64,000 nt of DNA from the NCBI GenBank assembly GCA_965214255.1, contig OZ243948.1, positions 516,916 to 580,915 of the forward strand. Direction: 5' to 3'. Positions 54,778-62,840 of this stretch are shown here, one piece after another. Position 1 is the stretch's first letter; the number at the start of each line of letters is the position of its first letter. Both the position numbers and the translations under genes were made by a program. Source of the DNA: Alphaproteobacteria bacterium (lineage in GTDB: Bacteria > Pseudomonadota > Alphaproteobacteria > SMXP01). The notes below the pieces were generated by a model, which saw nothing but the letters and a program-made list of their open reading frames with translations, made no database searches and was not told the DNA's origin.

Positions 54778-55947
54778 TCAGGGAGAATCAACGGAACCGC
54801 CGGACGACAACCGGCCGCGCGTGAGATAAATGACCGCGGACAGCAATTTTCCGAACACGCCCATGGAGTCGACGTCTTCGGCTGCGTACAGCGTCCGCGT
54901 AACGTCGTCCGAGTCGGGAACCGAGACCCGCAGTTCGGCCAGTTCCTGACCGCGCCGGATCGGCGCCGGAACGGGGCCTTCATATTCGATCGTGACTCTC
55001 ATGTTCCGCCGCTCTCGAGGTCGTAAAATCACGGTCAAGGGCTCTCGAATCTGAAGTCCGACCGTGCCGCGCGCGCCTTGCCAAACGTCCGCCGCGCCGA
55101 CGACGGCGCCGTCTTCGAACAGGGGATAGATTTTGAAATCGCGGAAGCCGGCGCGAAACAGCCGCCGCGCTTCGTTTGCCCGTTCGTTTTCCGAACCGAG
55201 ACCGTTCACCACCAGGATGAGCCGCCGTCCGTCTTGGACCGCCGACGCGGTCAGTCCGAACCCCGATTCGTCCGTGTACCCGGTTTTCAGACCGTCGACG
55301 CCCAACCCCGTATAGAGAAGCGGGTTGCGGTTGAGTTGAGTGATCTCGCTCCAGGTGAAGTCCTTTTCCGCGAAATAGGCGTAATACTCAGGGTGGGTTT
55401 GAATCAGATAGCGCGACAGGATGGCCAGGTCCCGCGCGCTCATCTTGTGCTCGGGGTCCGGCCAACCCGTCGAATTCGCGAACGTCGAGTTTTGCAGCCC
55501 GATGTCCTCTCCGAAGCGGGTCATTTCCCGGGCGAACGCCTCTTCCGTTCCGCTGATCCCTTCGGCGACCACGATGCAGGCGTCGTTGCCGGAATGCACG
55601 ACGATGCCGCGGATCAAATCCTCGACCCGGATTTCCGTATCGACCTCGACGAACATTTTACTGCCGCCCATGAGCCAGGCTTTTTCGCTGACGAAAAACG
55701 TGTCGTCGAGGCTGAGGCTGCCCGAATCGAGGCGGTCGAACAGCACGGCCAGCGTCATGAGCTTCGACATCGACGCGGGCGTCATGGGCTTATCGGCCTG
55801 TTTCTCGAAGAAAACGATGCCCGTTTCGACATCCATGAGCACCGCATGGTCGGCCCGGGTATCCATGACCGCGGACCGGGCGGCGGAGCCGACGATCAAA
55901 AAACATAACGCCGTAATCAGTTCGACGGAACGTCGCATTCTTGTCAC
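54778..55947 (-). CDS. dacC: D-alanyl-D-alanine carboxypeptidase (PBP5/6-like, peptidase S11)
   Basis: Signal peptide, 'SMSKLMT' (SxxK), 'SGN' and 'KTG' motifs. 389 aa. Confidence 0.85.
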   Translation of the reverse strand: MTRMRRSVELITALCFLIVGSAARSAVMDTRADHAVLMDVETGIVFFEKQADKPMTPASMSKLMTLAVLFDRLDSGSLSLDDTFFVSEKAWLMGGSKMFVEVDTEIRVEDLIRGIVVHSGNDACIVVAEGISGTEEAFAREMTRFGEDIGLQNSTFANSTGWPDPEHKMSARDLAILSRYLIQTHPEYYAYFAEKDFTWSEITQLNRNPLLYTGLGVDGLKTGYTDESGFGLTASAVQDGRRLILVVNGLGSENERANEARRLFRAGFRDFKIYPLFEDGAVVGAADVWQGARGTVGLQIREPLTVILRPRERRNMRVTIEYEGPVPAPIRRGQELAELRVSVPDSDDVTRTLYAAEDVDSMGVFGKLLSAVIYLTRGRLSSGGSVDSP

Positions 55948-55984
55948 CTCATGCAGATTGAGACCACCGCGCCGGACAAGGCGC

Positions 55985-56971
55985 TTATTCGATCATGATA
56001 CGCGCCTGGGTGTGACCCATGACGATCAATCGAGCCAATTTCACACCGGCGTCCTTGACGCTGTTCATGGGGCCCAGACGGACAAGGTAGTACCGCTTGC
56101 CTCCGATCGTATCGGCCTGAACCTTGACGGGGCCCAAAGACGACAGCGTTGTCCGCATGCGGGCGGCCTTCGCCGGATCCCGAAACGCGCCGGCCTGTAT
56201 AAAAATATCCGTTGTCGCGGTCCCGGTCGCGGCTTTGGCGGCCGGCTTCATGACCGGCACGACCAGGGACGCGGCCGCGCGCGGCGGCGTCAAGGCGGCC
56301 ACCTTGACCTTGCCTTGAGGAGCGGCGGCCGCGGCCGTGCGGGCTTTTACGGGCGTTACCGGCTTCTGCGCCACGAACGTTTCGACCGGCGCGCGCGACA
56401 CATATTCCACGCGGACCCTGGCGATCCCCTTCCGCTCGAACCCCAAAAGCCGCGCGGCCCGTCTCGACACGTCGATGATCCGGCCGTTGGCGAACGGCCC
56501 GCGGTCGTTCACCCGAAGGACGAGTTGTCTGCCGTTTTCGAGATTGGTGACGCGGACCCTGGTCGGCATTGGCAGCGTCGGATGGGCCGCGGTCAGGGCG
56601 TTCATGTCGTAGATTTCGCCGTTCGCCGTCCGCCGCCCGTGGAACCTTTTGCCGTACCAGGAGGCGATTCCGATCTTGTCGTATGACGTATCTTGACGGG
56701 GCACGTAACGCACCCCTCGGATGACATAGGGCGCGCCGACTTTGTAGGAGCCGACCGCCGTGGTCCGCGTCGGCGCCGTATAAGGCGCGCACGAAGCGGC
56801 AACCAGATGCACGCACAAGGGGAAAACGAGCGCGGCGGGAGAGACGCGCGAAGCCGCCCTTCGAACGCCCCGCCCGAACTCGCAGGACGCGTCGAAAAAC
56901 TTCTTGAACAAGAACCGGGGCATTTCAAAAGACGGCATGAGTGTCATGATGCTTTCATGAAGGCTTCGCAA
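55985..56971 (-). CDS. rlpA: Septal ring lytic transglycosylase RlpA-family protein with C-terminal SPOR domain
   Basis: Double-psi beta-barrel signature 'GIASWYGKRFHGRRTANGEIYDMNALTAAHPTLPMPTRVRVTNLENGRQLVLRVNDRGP' and a C-terminal SPOR-like domain. Confidence 0.85.
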   Translation of the reverse strand: MRSLHESIMTLMPSFEMPRFLFKKFFDASCEFGRGVRRAASRVSPAALVFPLCVHLVAASCAPYTAPTRTTAVGSYKVGAPYVIRGVRYVPRQDTSYDKIGIASWYGKRFHGRRTANGEIYDMNALTAAHPTLPMPTRVRVTNLENGRQLVLRVNDRGPFANGRIIDVSRRAARLLGFERKGIARVRVEYVSRAPVETFVAQKPVTPVKARTAAAAAPQGKVKVAALTPPRAAASLVVPVMKPAAKAATGTATTDIFIQAGAFRDPAKAARMRTTLSSLGPVKVQADTIGGKRYYLVRLGPMNSVKDAGVKLARLIVMGHTQARIMIE

Positions 56972-57007
56972 ACGGTTAACGGAAACTGATTAACGGAATC
57001 CAAACGG

Positions 57008-57673
57008 TCATCCAGTACGCGTCGTCTGACCGTCGCCGTCCGCCGCGTCCGTCGGGTCCTTAAGCGACGGCCAATCGCTGAACGGGAAGGGTTTGTCCTC
57101 CCTGTTGTAGGTCAGATACATAAGAATTTCATAAACGAAGGCGCTCAGGTTCCGCCCGAATGTGAGCAGGCGTCCGTTCGTCTTTCCCGACAGCGCCATC
57201 GAAATGAATTGAAAGACGATAACGGTGAAGACCAGCAACTCCGCGAGCCCCCAAACGATCATGAACAGCAGCATGTAAAGTCCGCGCAGCCACGTGCTGC
57301 GCTTCTTGATGCTGTCCTTGAGATTGGATCGAGTCTCTTCGTTGGTCATGGCCGCCTCCTCTGACTCCGGCACCGGTTCCGCTTCCAAGGCCGCTTGAGG
57401 CGCGGTCAATGGGCCTTCGGCTTCCGGGCCGCCTGCTTGTATTGATCCTTGGTGAAAATGTTTTGAAATCTGCCGGATCACTTCCTCATATCGAGCCTTT
57501 GTGAAAATGTGGCGGGATCCGCTTCCGCAGCGGATCCCCTCCTTACGCATCGCCCGCCGCGCTGTTTTGGGCGTCACCCCGAAATGCGCCGCGACGTCCT
57601 TGGGCGTGTAGAAATCTTTCATCGGGTCGTTCGTCATGGTCACCTCTGCTTCGGTCTCCGGAGCGGACGTCAT
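57008..57673 (-). CDS. Fusion protein: N-terminal excisionase/MerR-type HTH (HTH_17-like) plus C-terminal two-TM small membrane domain (DUF4389-like)
   Basis: 'FYTPKDVAAHFGVTPKTARRAMRKEGI' resembles excisionase-family HTH. The C-terminus has two hydrophobic helices ('LYMLLFMIVWGLAELLVFTVIVFQFI', 'LSAFVYEILMYL'). The start overlaps the stop of the upstream gene (ATGA). Confidence 0.55.
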   Translation of the reverse strand: MTSAPETEAEVTMTNDPMKDFYTPKDVAAHFGVTPKTARRAMRKEGIRCGSGSRHIFTKARYEEVIRQISKHFHQGSIQAGGPEAEGPLTAPQAALEAEPVPESEEAAMTNEETRSNLKDSIKKRSTWLRGLYMLLFMIVWGLAELLVFTVIVFQFISMALSGKTNGRLLTFGRNLSAFVYEILMYLTYNREDKPFPFSDWPSLKDPTDAADGDGQTTRTG

Positions 57674-58356
57674 GTCGCGACTTCATAGAATATGCGTTTC
57701 GACTTGTCTTTGCCGATAAATTTCGCGGTCATCTTTCGGGCGGTGTCCTTGGTCCGGATGTTGTCGCGAAAGTGGGCGTGAAACGCCGAGAGCGCCGCCA
57801 GCCTCTCGGGGTCCGACTCCGGCGCGCATCGAACGAGCCGGGAGAAATAGGCGTCGAGATAGTCCAGTCCGCAGCGGGTCAAATCGTCCAGACGGGCGCG
57901 CGGATTGACGCCGAACACCGTCGCCTCGTGCCGGTACTCTTCCATCCAGTCGGGATATTTCGTCTGCACCGCGAACGGCTCGTAACCCTCAAGTATGGGT
58001 TCGAGCGGCGCGACCCATCGCGCCCGATAGGCGTCGTCCCGGAACGGCGTGCACACGTTCAAATGACAGATGACCCGGCGCGGTATCATCAGATAGAACA
58101 GAAGAAAAATCGGCGCGGCGACGGTTTCCGGCGGATAGAAAATCATGTTGAGCGCGTCGAGCGGCGGGACTTTGAGGTCGAAGTGAAGCGCCGTCATTTT
58201 GGCCAGATGCTCGGACTTCCAGTTGCGCGCCGAGATCTTCACCATCCTCAGGAACGCGGAATTGTCCGATATGTCCGGGTCCAGCGCCACTTCGGTGAGC
58301 GGCGTGTACCGGTCCGCCTTGTCGATGATTTCCCGCATCCGGGCGGTCTGGTCCAT
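57670..58356 (-). CDS. Hypothetical protein with a divergent ferredoxin-dependent bilin reductase (PcyA/PebA/HY2, Fe_bilin_red)-like fold. The catalytic Asp position appears substituted.
   Basis: Three regions align to FDBR signatures as recalled from memory. 'KSEHLAKMTALHFDL...LDALNMIFYPPE..APIF' aligns with 'FRKMHLELAKV..LDILHCVMFPEP..LPLF'. 'ICHLNVCTP' aligns with 'SAAIADLSP'. C-terminal 'RDNIRTKDTARKMTAKFIG...RIFYEV' aligns with 'QKNDKTRRVLEKAFG...QVLFDV'. The start is uncertain; an alternative is the ATG at 58387-58389 or the track start at 58452. Confidence 0.4.
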   Translation of the reverse strand: MDQTARMREIIDKADRYTPLTEVALDPDISDNSAFLRMVKISARNWKSEHLAKMTALHFDLKVPPLDALNMIFYPPETVAAPIFLLFYLMIPRRVICHLNVCTPFRDDAYRARWVAPLEPILEGYEPFAVQTKYPDWMEEYRHEATVFGVNPRARLDDLTRCGLDYLDAYFSRLVRCAPESDPERLAALSAFHAHFRDNIRTKDTARKMTAKFIGKDKSKRIFYEVAT

Positions 58357-58375
58357 GGCGGCGCCTCTCGCGTGT

Positions 58376-58600
58376 TCAAACCTCTTCATACAGGCCGCCG
58401 AGCAGTTGGCGATAATTATTCGTGTACGGACAATTCGCCGCCAGCGTCTCAAGCCGCGCTTCTATGTCGCGGTAGACGGTGCTTCGATCCACCTTGAGCG
58501 CCTCGGCGATCTGCCACACGCGCCAGCCCTTCAGCACGTGTTCCATGATCGCGTCGCGGCGTATCTCTCGAACTTGGCGGGCCGATACGGTTTGGGTCAT
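58376..58600 (-). CDS. Small stand-alone HTH protein (resolvase/HTH_7/HTH_23-type DNA-binding domain)
   Basis: 74 aa. 'GWRVWQIAEALKVDRSTVYRDIE' matches the resolvase-type HTH consensus (G...IA..L.VSRSTVYR). Located immediately downstream of the tandem repeat array. Confidence 0.55.
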   Translation of the reverse strand: MTQTVSARQVREIRRDAIMEHVLKGWRVWQIAEALKVDRSTVYRDIEARLETLAANCPYTNNYRQLLGGLYEEV

Positions 58601-58664
58601 GCGCGACAGTGTTGAGCGTCATGCGTCCGCGCGTCAAGGGGGAAGTGTCGCGGTTATTGCGGGG

Positions 58665-59200
58665 GTGTTTTGTCGCAGCCCTGGTCGCAAATCTGAACGG
58701 CGCTCGTCATGGCTAAACGCGCGCGATTCCGCCATGTTCAGGGGCAAACCGACTTTGCGACAGGGTTGCGCGTTGTCGCAGCCTATAGTCGCAAATCCGG
58801 ACGGCGCGCGACATCGCGAAAACGGCGCGATTCCGCCATGTTCGAGGGCAATTCGACTTTGCGACAGGGTTGCGCGTTGTCGCAGCCCATAGTCGCAAAT
58901 CCGGACAGCGCGCGACATCGCGAAAACGGCTCGAGTCCGCCATGTTCAGGGGCAAACCGACCTTGCGACAGGGTTGCGTGTTGTCGCAGCCCATAGTCGC
59001 AAATCCGGACGGCGCGAGTCATCGCGAAAACGGCGCGATTCCGCCCTGTTCAAGGGCAATCCGACCTTGCGACAGGGTTGCGCATTGTCGCAGTCAATAG
59101 TCGCAAGACCGGACCGCGCGCGGCATGGCTAAACGCGCGCGATTCCGCCCTGTTTGAGGGCAAACCGACTTTGCGACAGGGTCGCGCGTTGTCGCAGGTT
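58665..59200. repeat. Tandem array of about 5 copies of a 104-bp non-coding repeat, each carrying a TGCGACA-N11-TGTCGCA hairpin
   Basis: The motif 'TTGCGACAGGGTTGCG(C/T)' recurs at 58755, 58859, 58963, 59067 and 59171, an exact 104-bp period. Units 2-4 are near-identical. Units 1 and 5 share the variant 'CATGGCTAAACGCGCGCGATTCCGCC'. A period of 104 is not divisible by 3. Confidence 0.85.
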
Positions 59201-59344
59201 ATTTTCCGGACCGGCCACGCATTAGCGCGTCATCACATTCAAGGCTTGTGCGCGGATATCCTCGTTGGTATGCCAAGCACTGAAAGCCGCCGACCTGCCG
59301 CGCGGCCATGATGGGACGCAAGACTGGAGAAGAGACGACCGGCC

Positions 59345-61523
59345 GTGAACGTTCAAACGCACGAAAAACTGAAAGCCGGGATCTGGGACATCGCGAACCT
59401 GCTGCGCGGGCCGTACCGGCCTCCCCAGTACCGCCTGGTGATGCTTCCGATGGTCGTGCTCCGCCGGCTCGACTGCGTCCTGGAGTCGACCAAAGACGCG
59501 GTGCTGAAGCGCCGCGACGAACTCGAAGCGCAGTGCGTGCCCGAAGCCGCGATGGACAAACTGCTCGGCCAAGCCGCCGACCCGAAGCGCAAGCATCCGC
59601 TCTACAATATCAGCCCCTACACCTTCGCCCGCCTGCTCGGCGACGCCGAGAACATCGCGCCCAACCTCGCGGCCTACATCAACGGCTTCTCGCCGACCGC
59701 CCATTCCATCTTCGAGCGCTTCAAGTTCACCGATCAGATCGAGAAACTCGACGCGCACAACCGTCTCTTCACCGTGGTCAAGGCCATGGCCGGCGTCGAC
59801 CTTCACCCCGACCGGATCGACAACCTTCAGATGGGCTACCTGTTCGAGCATCTGGTGATGCGTTTCAACGAACAGGCCAACGAGGAAGCGGGAGACCACT
59901 TCACCCCGCGCGAGGTCATCCGCCTCATGGCCAACCTCATCTACACCGGCGAACCGGACGTCTACAAGCCCGGCATTTTCCGCAAAATCTACGATCCCGC
60001 GTGCGGGACCGGCGGCATGCTCTCGGAGTCCGAAAAACTGATCCGCGACCAGAACAAACATGCGAACCTCGCGCTCTACGGCCAGGAGTACAACGACGAG
60101 GCGTGGGCGATCTGCTGCGCGGACATGCTCATCAAGGACCAGGACACCGGCAACATCGTTCTCGGCGACACTCTGGGCGACGGCAAGACCGGAGACGACT
60201 TTGAGGGCTTCCATTATATGATGGCCAATCCGCCCTTCGGCGTCGAATGGAAGGCGCAGAAAGACACGGTCCGACGCGAGCACGAGACCTTGGGGCTCTC
60301 GGGCCGCTTCGGCGCCGGGCTGCCCGCCGTCGACGACGGCTCGCTGCTTTTCCTCCAGCACATGATCTCCAAGATGCACCCGTACAGGTGCGGGGGGGGG
60401 GCGTAGAGAGCAGCCCGGATCGAAGATCGCTATCGTCTTCAACGGCTCGCCTTTGTTTTCCGGCGACGCCGGATCGGGGCCGTCCGACATCCGCCGCTGG
60501 ATCGTAGAGAACGACTGGCTCGACGCCGTCGTCGCGCTGCCTGACCAGCTTTTCTACAACACCGGCATCTTCACCTATGTCTGGCTGGTGACCAACCGCA
60601 AGGCGCCGGAGCGGCGCGGCAAGGTGCAGCTTGTCGACGGCGCGCGCTTCTTCCGCAAGATGAAGAAGAGCCTCAACAACAAGCGCAACGAGATCGCCGA
60701 AGACCAGATCCGCCGCCTGACCCGCGTCTACGCCAACTTCGAAGACGGCGAGACCGCCGAAGTCCAGGTCGACGGCGAAACCGAGACCCGAGTCGTTTCC
60801 CGCGTCTTCGAGAACCGCGAGTTCGGGTTTCTCAAAATAACCGTCGAACGCCCCTTGCGCATGAACTTCGAGGCGTCGCCTGAGCGCATCGCCGGGCTCG
60901 ATGAGCTGACGGCCTTCGCCAACCTGGCGGCGTCGAAGAAACGCAAGGACGAGTCCGCCGCCGCGCGCGAAATCGCTGCGGGGCGAAAGCTGCAGGACGC
61001 CGTCCGCGCCCTGCTCTCGACGCTCGCCGAAAACGGACGATATATGGACCGGACGGCCTTCGACGCCGATCTGACGACGGCCGCCGAGCGCGCCGGCCTC
61101 AAGCTTCCCGCCCCGATCAGGAAAGCGGTCTTCGCGGCGCTTGGGCAGCGCGACCCGGACGCGGAGATCTGCCGCGACGGCGAAGGACGGCCGGAACCCG
61201 ACGGCGACCTCCGCGACAGCGAAAACATTCCCTTGCCGCCGGGAACGGAACTGCCCCTGCCCATGGACTTCGGGCCAGACCAGCCCAACGACCTGCTCGT
61301 CGAAGCGTTCCGGGACCATATCGACGCCTACATGGCGCGCGAGGTGCTGCCCCATATTCCCGACGCCTGGGTGGACTACGCCAAGACCAAAGTCGGTTAC
61401 GAAATCCCCATCAACCGGCATTTCCATGTCTACGAGCCGCCGCGCCCTATCGACGAGATCGAGACGGACATCGCCAAGCTCGAAGACGAGATCGCCGGGC
61501 TGTTGAAAGGGCTGAGGGCGTGA
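59345..61523 (+). CDS. hsdM: Type I restriction-modification system methyltransferase subunit HsdM, split into two frames at a G10 homopolymer (putative phase-variable gene)
   Basis: The N-terminal part (59345-60406) has the HsdM_N motif 'IWDIANLLRGPYRPPQYRLVMLPMVVLRRLD' and the 'NPPFG' catalytic motif. The C-terminal part (60453-61523 in the track, in frame from about 60402) has 'IVFNGSPLFSGDAGSGPSDIRRWIVENDWLDAVVALPDQLFYNTGI'. Removing one G from the tract fuses the parts. GTG start, SD 'GGAGAAGAG'. Confidence 0.85.
60392..60401 (+). repeat. Poly-G tract (G10) inside hsdM coding sequence; simple-sequence contingency locus
   Basis: The sequence reads 'gtgc' followed by ten G and then 'cgtag'. 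In the current frame it encodes 'CGGGA*'. With G9 it encodes 'CGGGRREQPGSKIAIVFNG...', which continues into the C-terminal HsdM domain. Confidence 0.8.
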
Positions 61524-62836
61524 CAGCCGAGTTCGAGCAGCGCTGGTTGAGCGATCTACAGCCCGACTGGACCGAGAGGCGGGCCGACTTTCTGTGCAAC
61601 CCTTACCGAGTGACAGTCGATCCCGAGATTTTTGGCGACGATCTAGTCGCGCACTACTCGATCCCGCAGGTTCAAAAGACCGGCGGACCGTTCATCGAAC
61701 CCGCAAGCGACATCGGCAGTACGAAATTACTTGTAACGGCACCCACCCTTCTGGTCTCGAAACTCAATCCAAGAAAGAAGACTATCTGCATCGCCGAACC
61801 CCACCCGGAGTATCCGACTCTTGCTTCGGGCGAGTTCGTCGCGATCATTTCCGACCAGATGGACCGTCGCTATGCTTACTATCTTTGGTGCAGCGAGAAG
61901 GTCACGGACCGGTTGTCCGCCATTGTTCAATCTGCCACCCGCTCGCACCAACGAGTGAACCCTGCCGACATCCAAAAGCTGCCGTGGAAATGGCCCCCGC
62001 TCGATATGCAGCGGCGCATCGCCGACTTTCTCGACGAAAAAACCTCGCGGATCGACGGACTGATCGAGAAGAAACGCGACCTTCTCGACCGGCTCGCCGA
62101 GAAACGCCAAGCCCTCATCACCCGCGCCGTCACCAGGGGCCTCGACCCCGACGCGCCGATGAAACCCTCCGGCATCGACTGGCTTGGCGACATCCCCGCG
62201 CATTGGAAGCGCATTCGTCTTCGCTGGCTATCCAGACGCTATGCCGGCGGAACCCCAAACACGAAGAACCCCGAATACTGGGACGGCGGCACCATACCTT
62301 GGCTCAAATCAGGGGCGGTGAACCAAGGCACCATTACCGAGCCTTCCGATCACATAACCGAACTGGCCTTGAAGGAATCCAGCGCGAAATGGATTCCTAA
62401 AGGCGCACTGGTGATGGCACTAGCCGGGCAAGGGAAGACCAAAGCAACTGTTGGTTTTCTTGGGATTCGGACAACGGGCAATCAATCGCTCGCCGCGATA
62501 GTCCCCGAGAAGATCGACGGCAAATACCTCTATTGGTGGCTGAGCAGTCAGTACCTCACGCTTCGCAATCTTTCGAGCCAAGATGGGCGCGACGGTTTGA
62601 ACCTGGATATGATTGGCAGCGTAGTTTGTCCGGTGCCCCCGCTCGATACGCAACGGCGCATCGCCGACTTTCTCGACGAAAAAACCGCACGGATCGACGA
62701 GACCGCAAAGCAGGTGCTCCGCTCGATCGAATATCTCTCGGAATACCGCTCGGCGCTGATCACGGCCGCCGTCACCGGCCAACTCGCGGCGGCGCAGACC
62801 GCCGACCTCGGCAACCTTTCCCCGCAGGGAGATTGA
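61520..62836 (+). CDS. hsdS: Type I restriction-modification system specificity subunit HsdS (two target-recognition domains)
   Basis: The conserved spacer repeats 'QRRIADFLDEKTSRIDGLIEKKRDLLDRLAEKRQALITRAVTRGLDP' and 'QRRIADFLDEKTARIDETAKQVLRSIEYLSEYRSALITAAVTGQL' flank two variable TRDs. The GTG start overlaps the hsdM stop (GTGA). Confidence 0.85.
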   Translation: MTAEFEQRWLSDLQPDWTERRADFLCNPYRVTVDPEIFGDDLVAHYSIPQVQKTGGPFIEPASDIGSTKLLVTAPTLLVSKLNPRKKTICIAEPHPEYPTLASGEFVAIISDQMDRRYAYYLWCSEKVTDRLSAIVQSATRSHQRVNPADIQKLPWKWPPLDMQRRIADFLDEKTSRIDGLIEKKRDLLDRLAEKRQALITRAVTRGLDPDAPMKPSGIDWLGDIPAHWKRIRLRWLSRRYAGGTPNTKNPEYWDGGTIPWLKSGAVNQGTITEPSDHITELALKESSAKWIPKGALVMALAGQGKTKATVGFLGIRTTGNQSLAAIVPEKIDGKYLYWWLSSQYLTLRNLSSQDGRDGLNLDMIGSVVCPVPPLDTQRRIADFLDEKTARIDETAKQVLRSIEYLSEYRSALITAAVTGQLAAAQTADLGNLSPQGD

Positions 62837-62840
62837 CCCC

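Noticed and set aside
40657-56816. Numerous other long antisense or alternate-frame ORFs in the high-GC half (e.g. 40657-41952-, 45084-46058-, 46094-46993+, 48806-49651-, 50292-51233+, 51341-52219+, 52291-53016+, 55078-55908+, 55421-56686+, 55944-56816-)
   Set aside because: Each overlaps a well-supported conserved gene on the other strand or frame. The products are Arg/Gly/Pro-rich low-complexity sequence, as expected from GC-rich shadow ORFs.
58665-59200. Possible CRISPR array
   Set aside because: Whole 104-bp units repeat contiguously with only point differences. There are no unique spacers between short repeats, and no cas genes are nearby.
58479-59311. Seven overlapping track ORFs on both strands within the 104-bp repeat array, showing repeated peptide segments such as 'RQGCALSQPIVANPDGARHRENG'
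   Set aside because: The repeat period is 104 bp, which is not divisible by 3, so no reading frame is maintained from unit to unit. The open frames are a by-product of GC-rich tandem repetition.
59222-61427. Long minus-strand ORFs (59222-60490, 60132-61427) antisense to hsdM
   Set aside because: These are typical spurious antisense open frames in >65% GC DNA. The plus-strand products have clear HsdM motifs, and the antisense products are low-complexity and R/G/A-rich.
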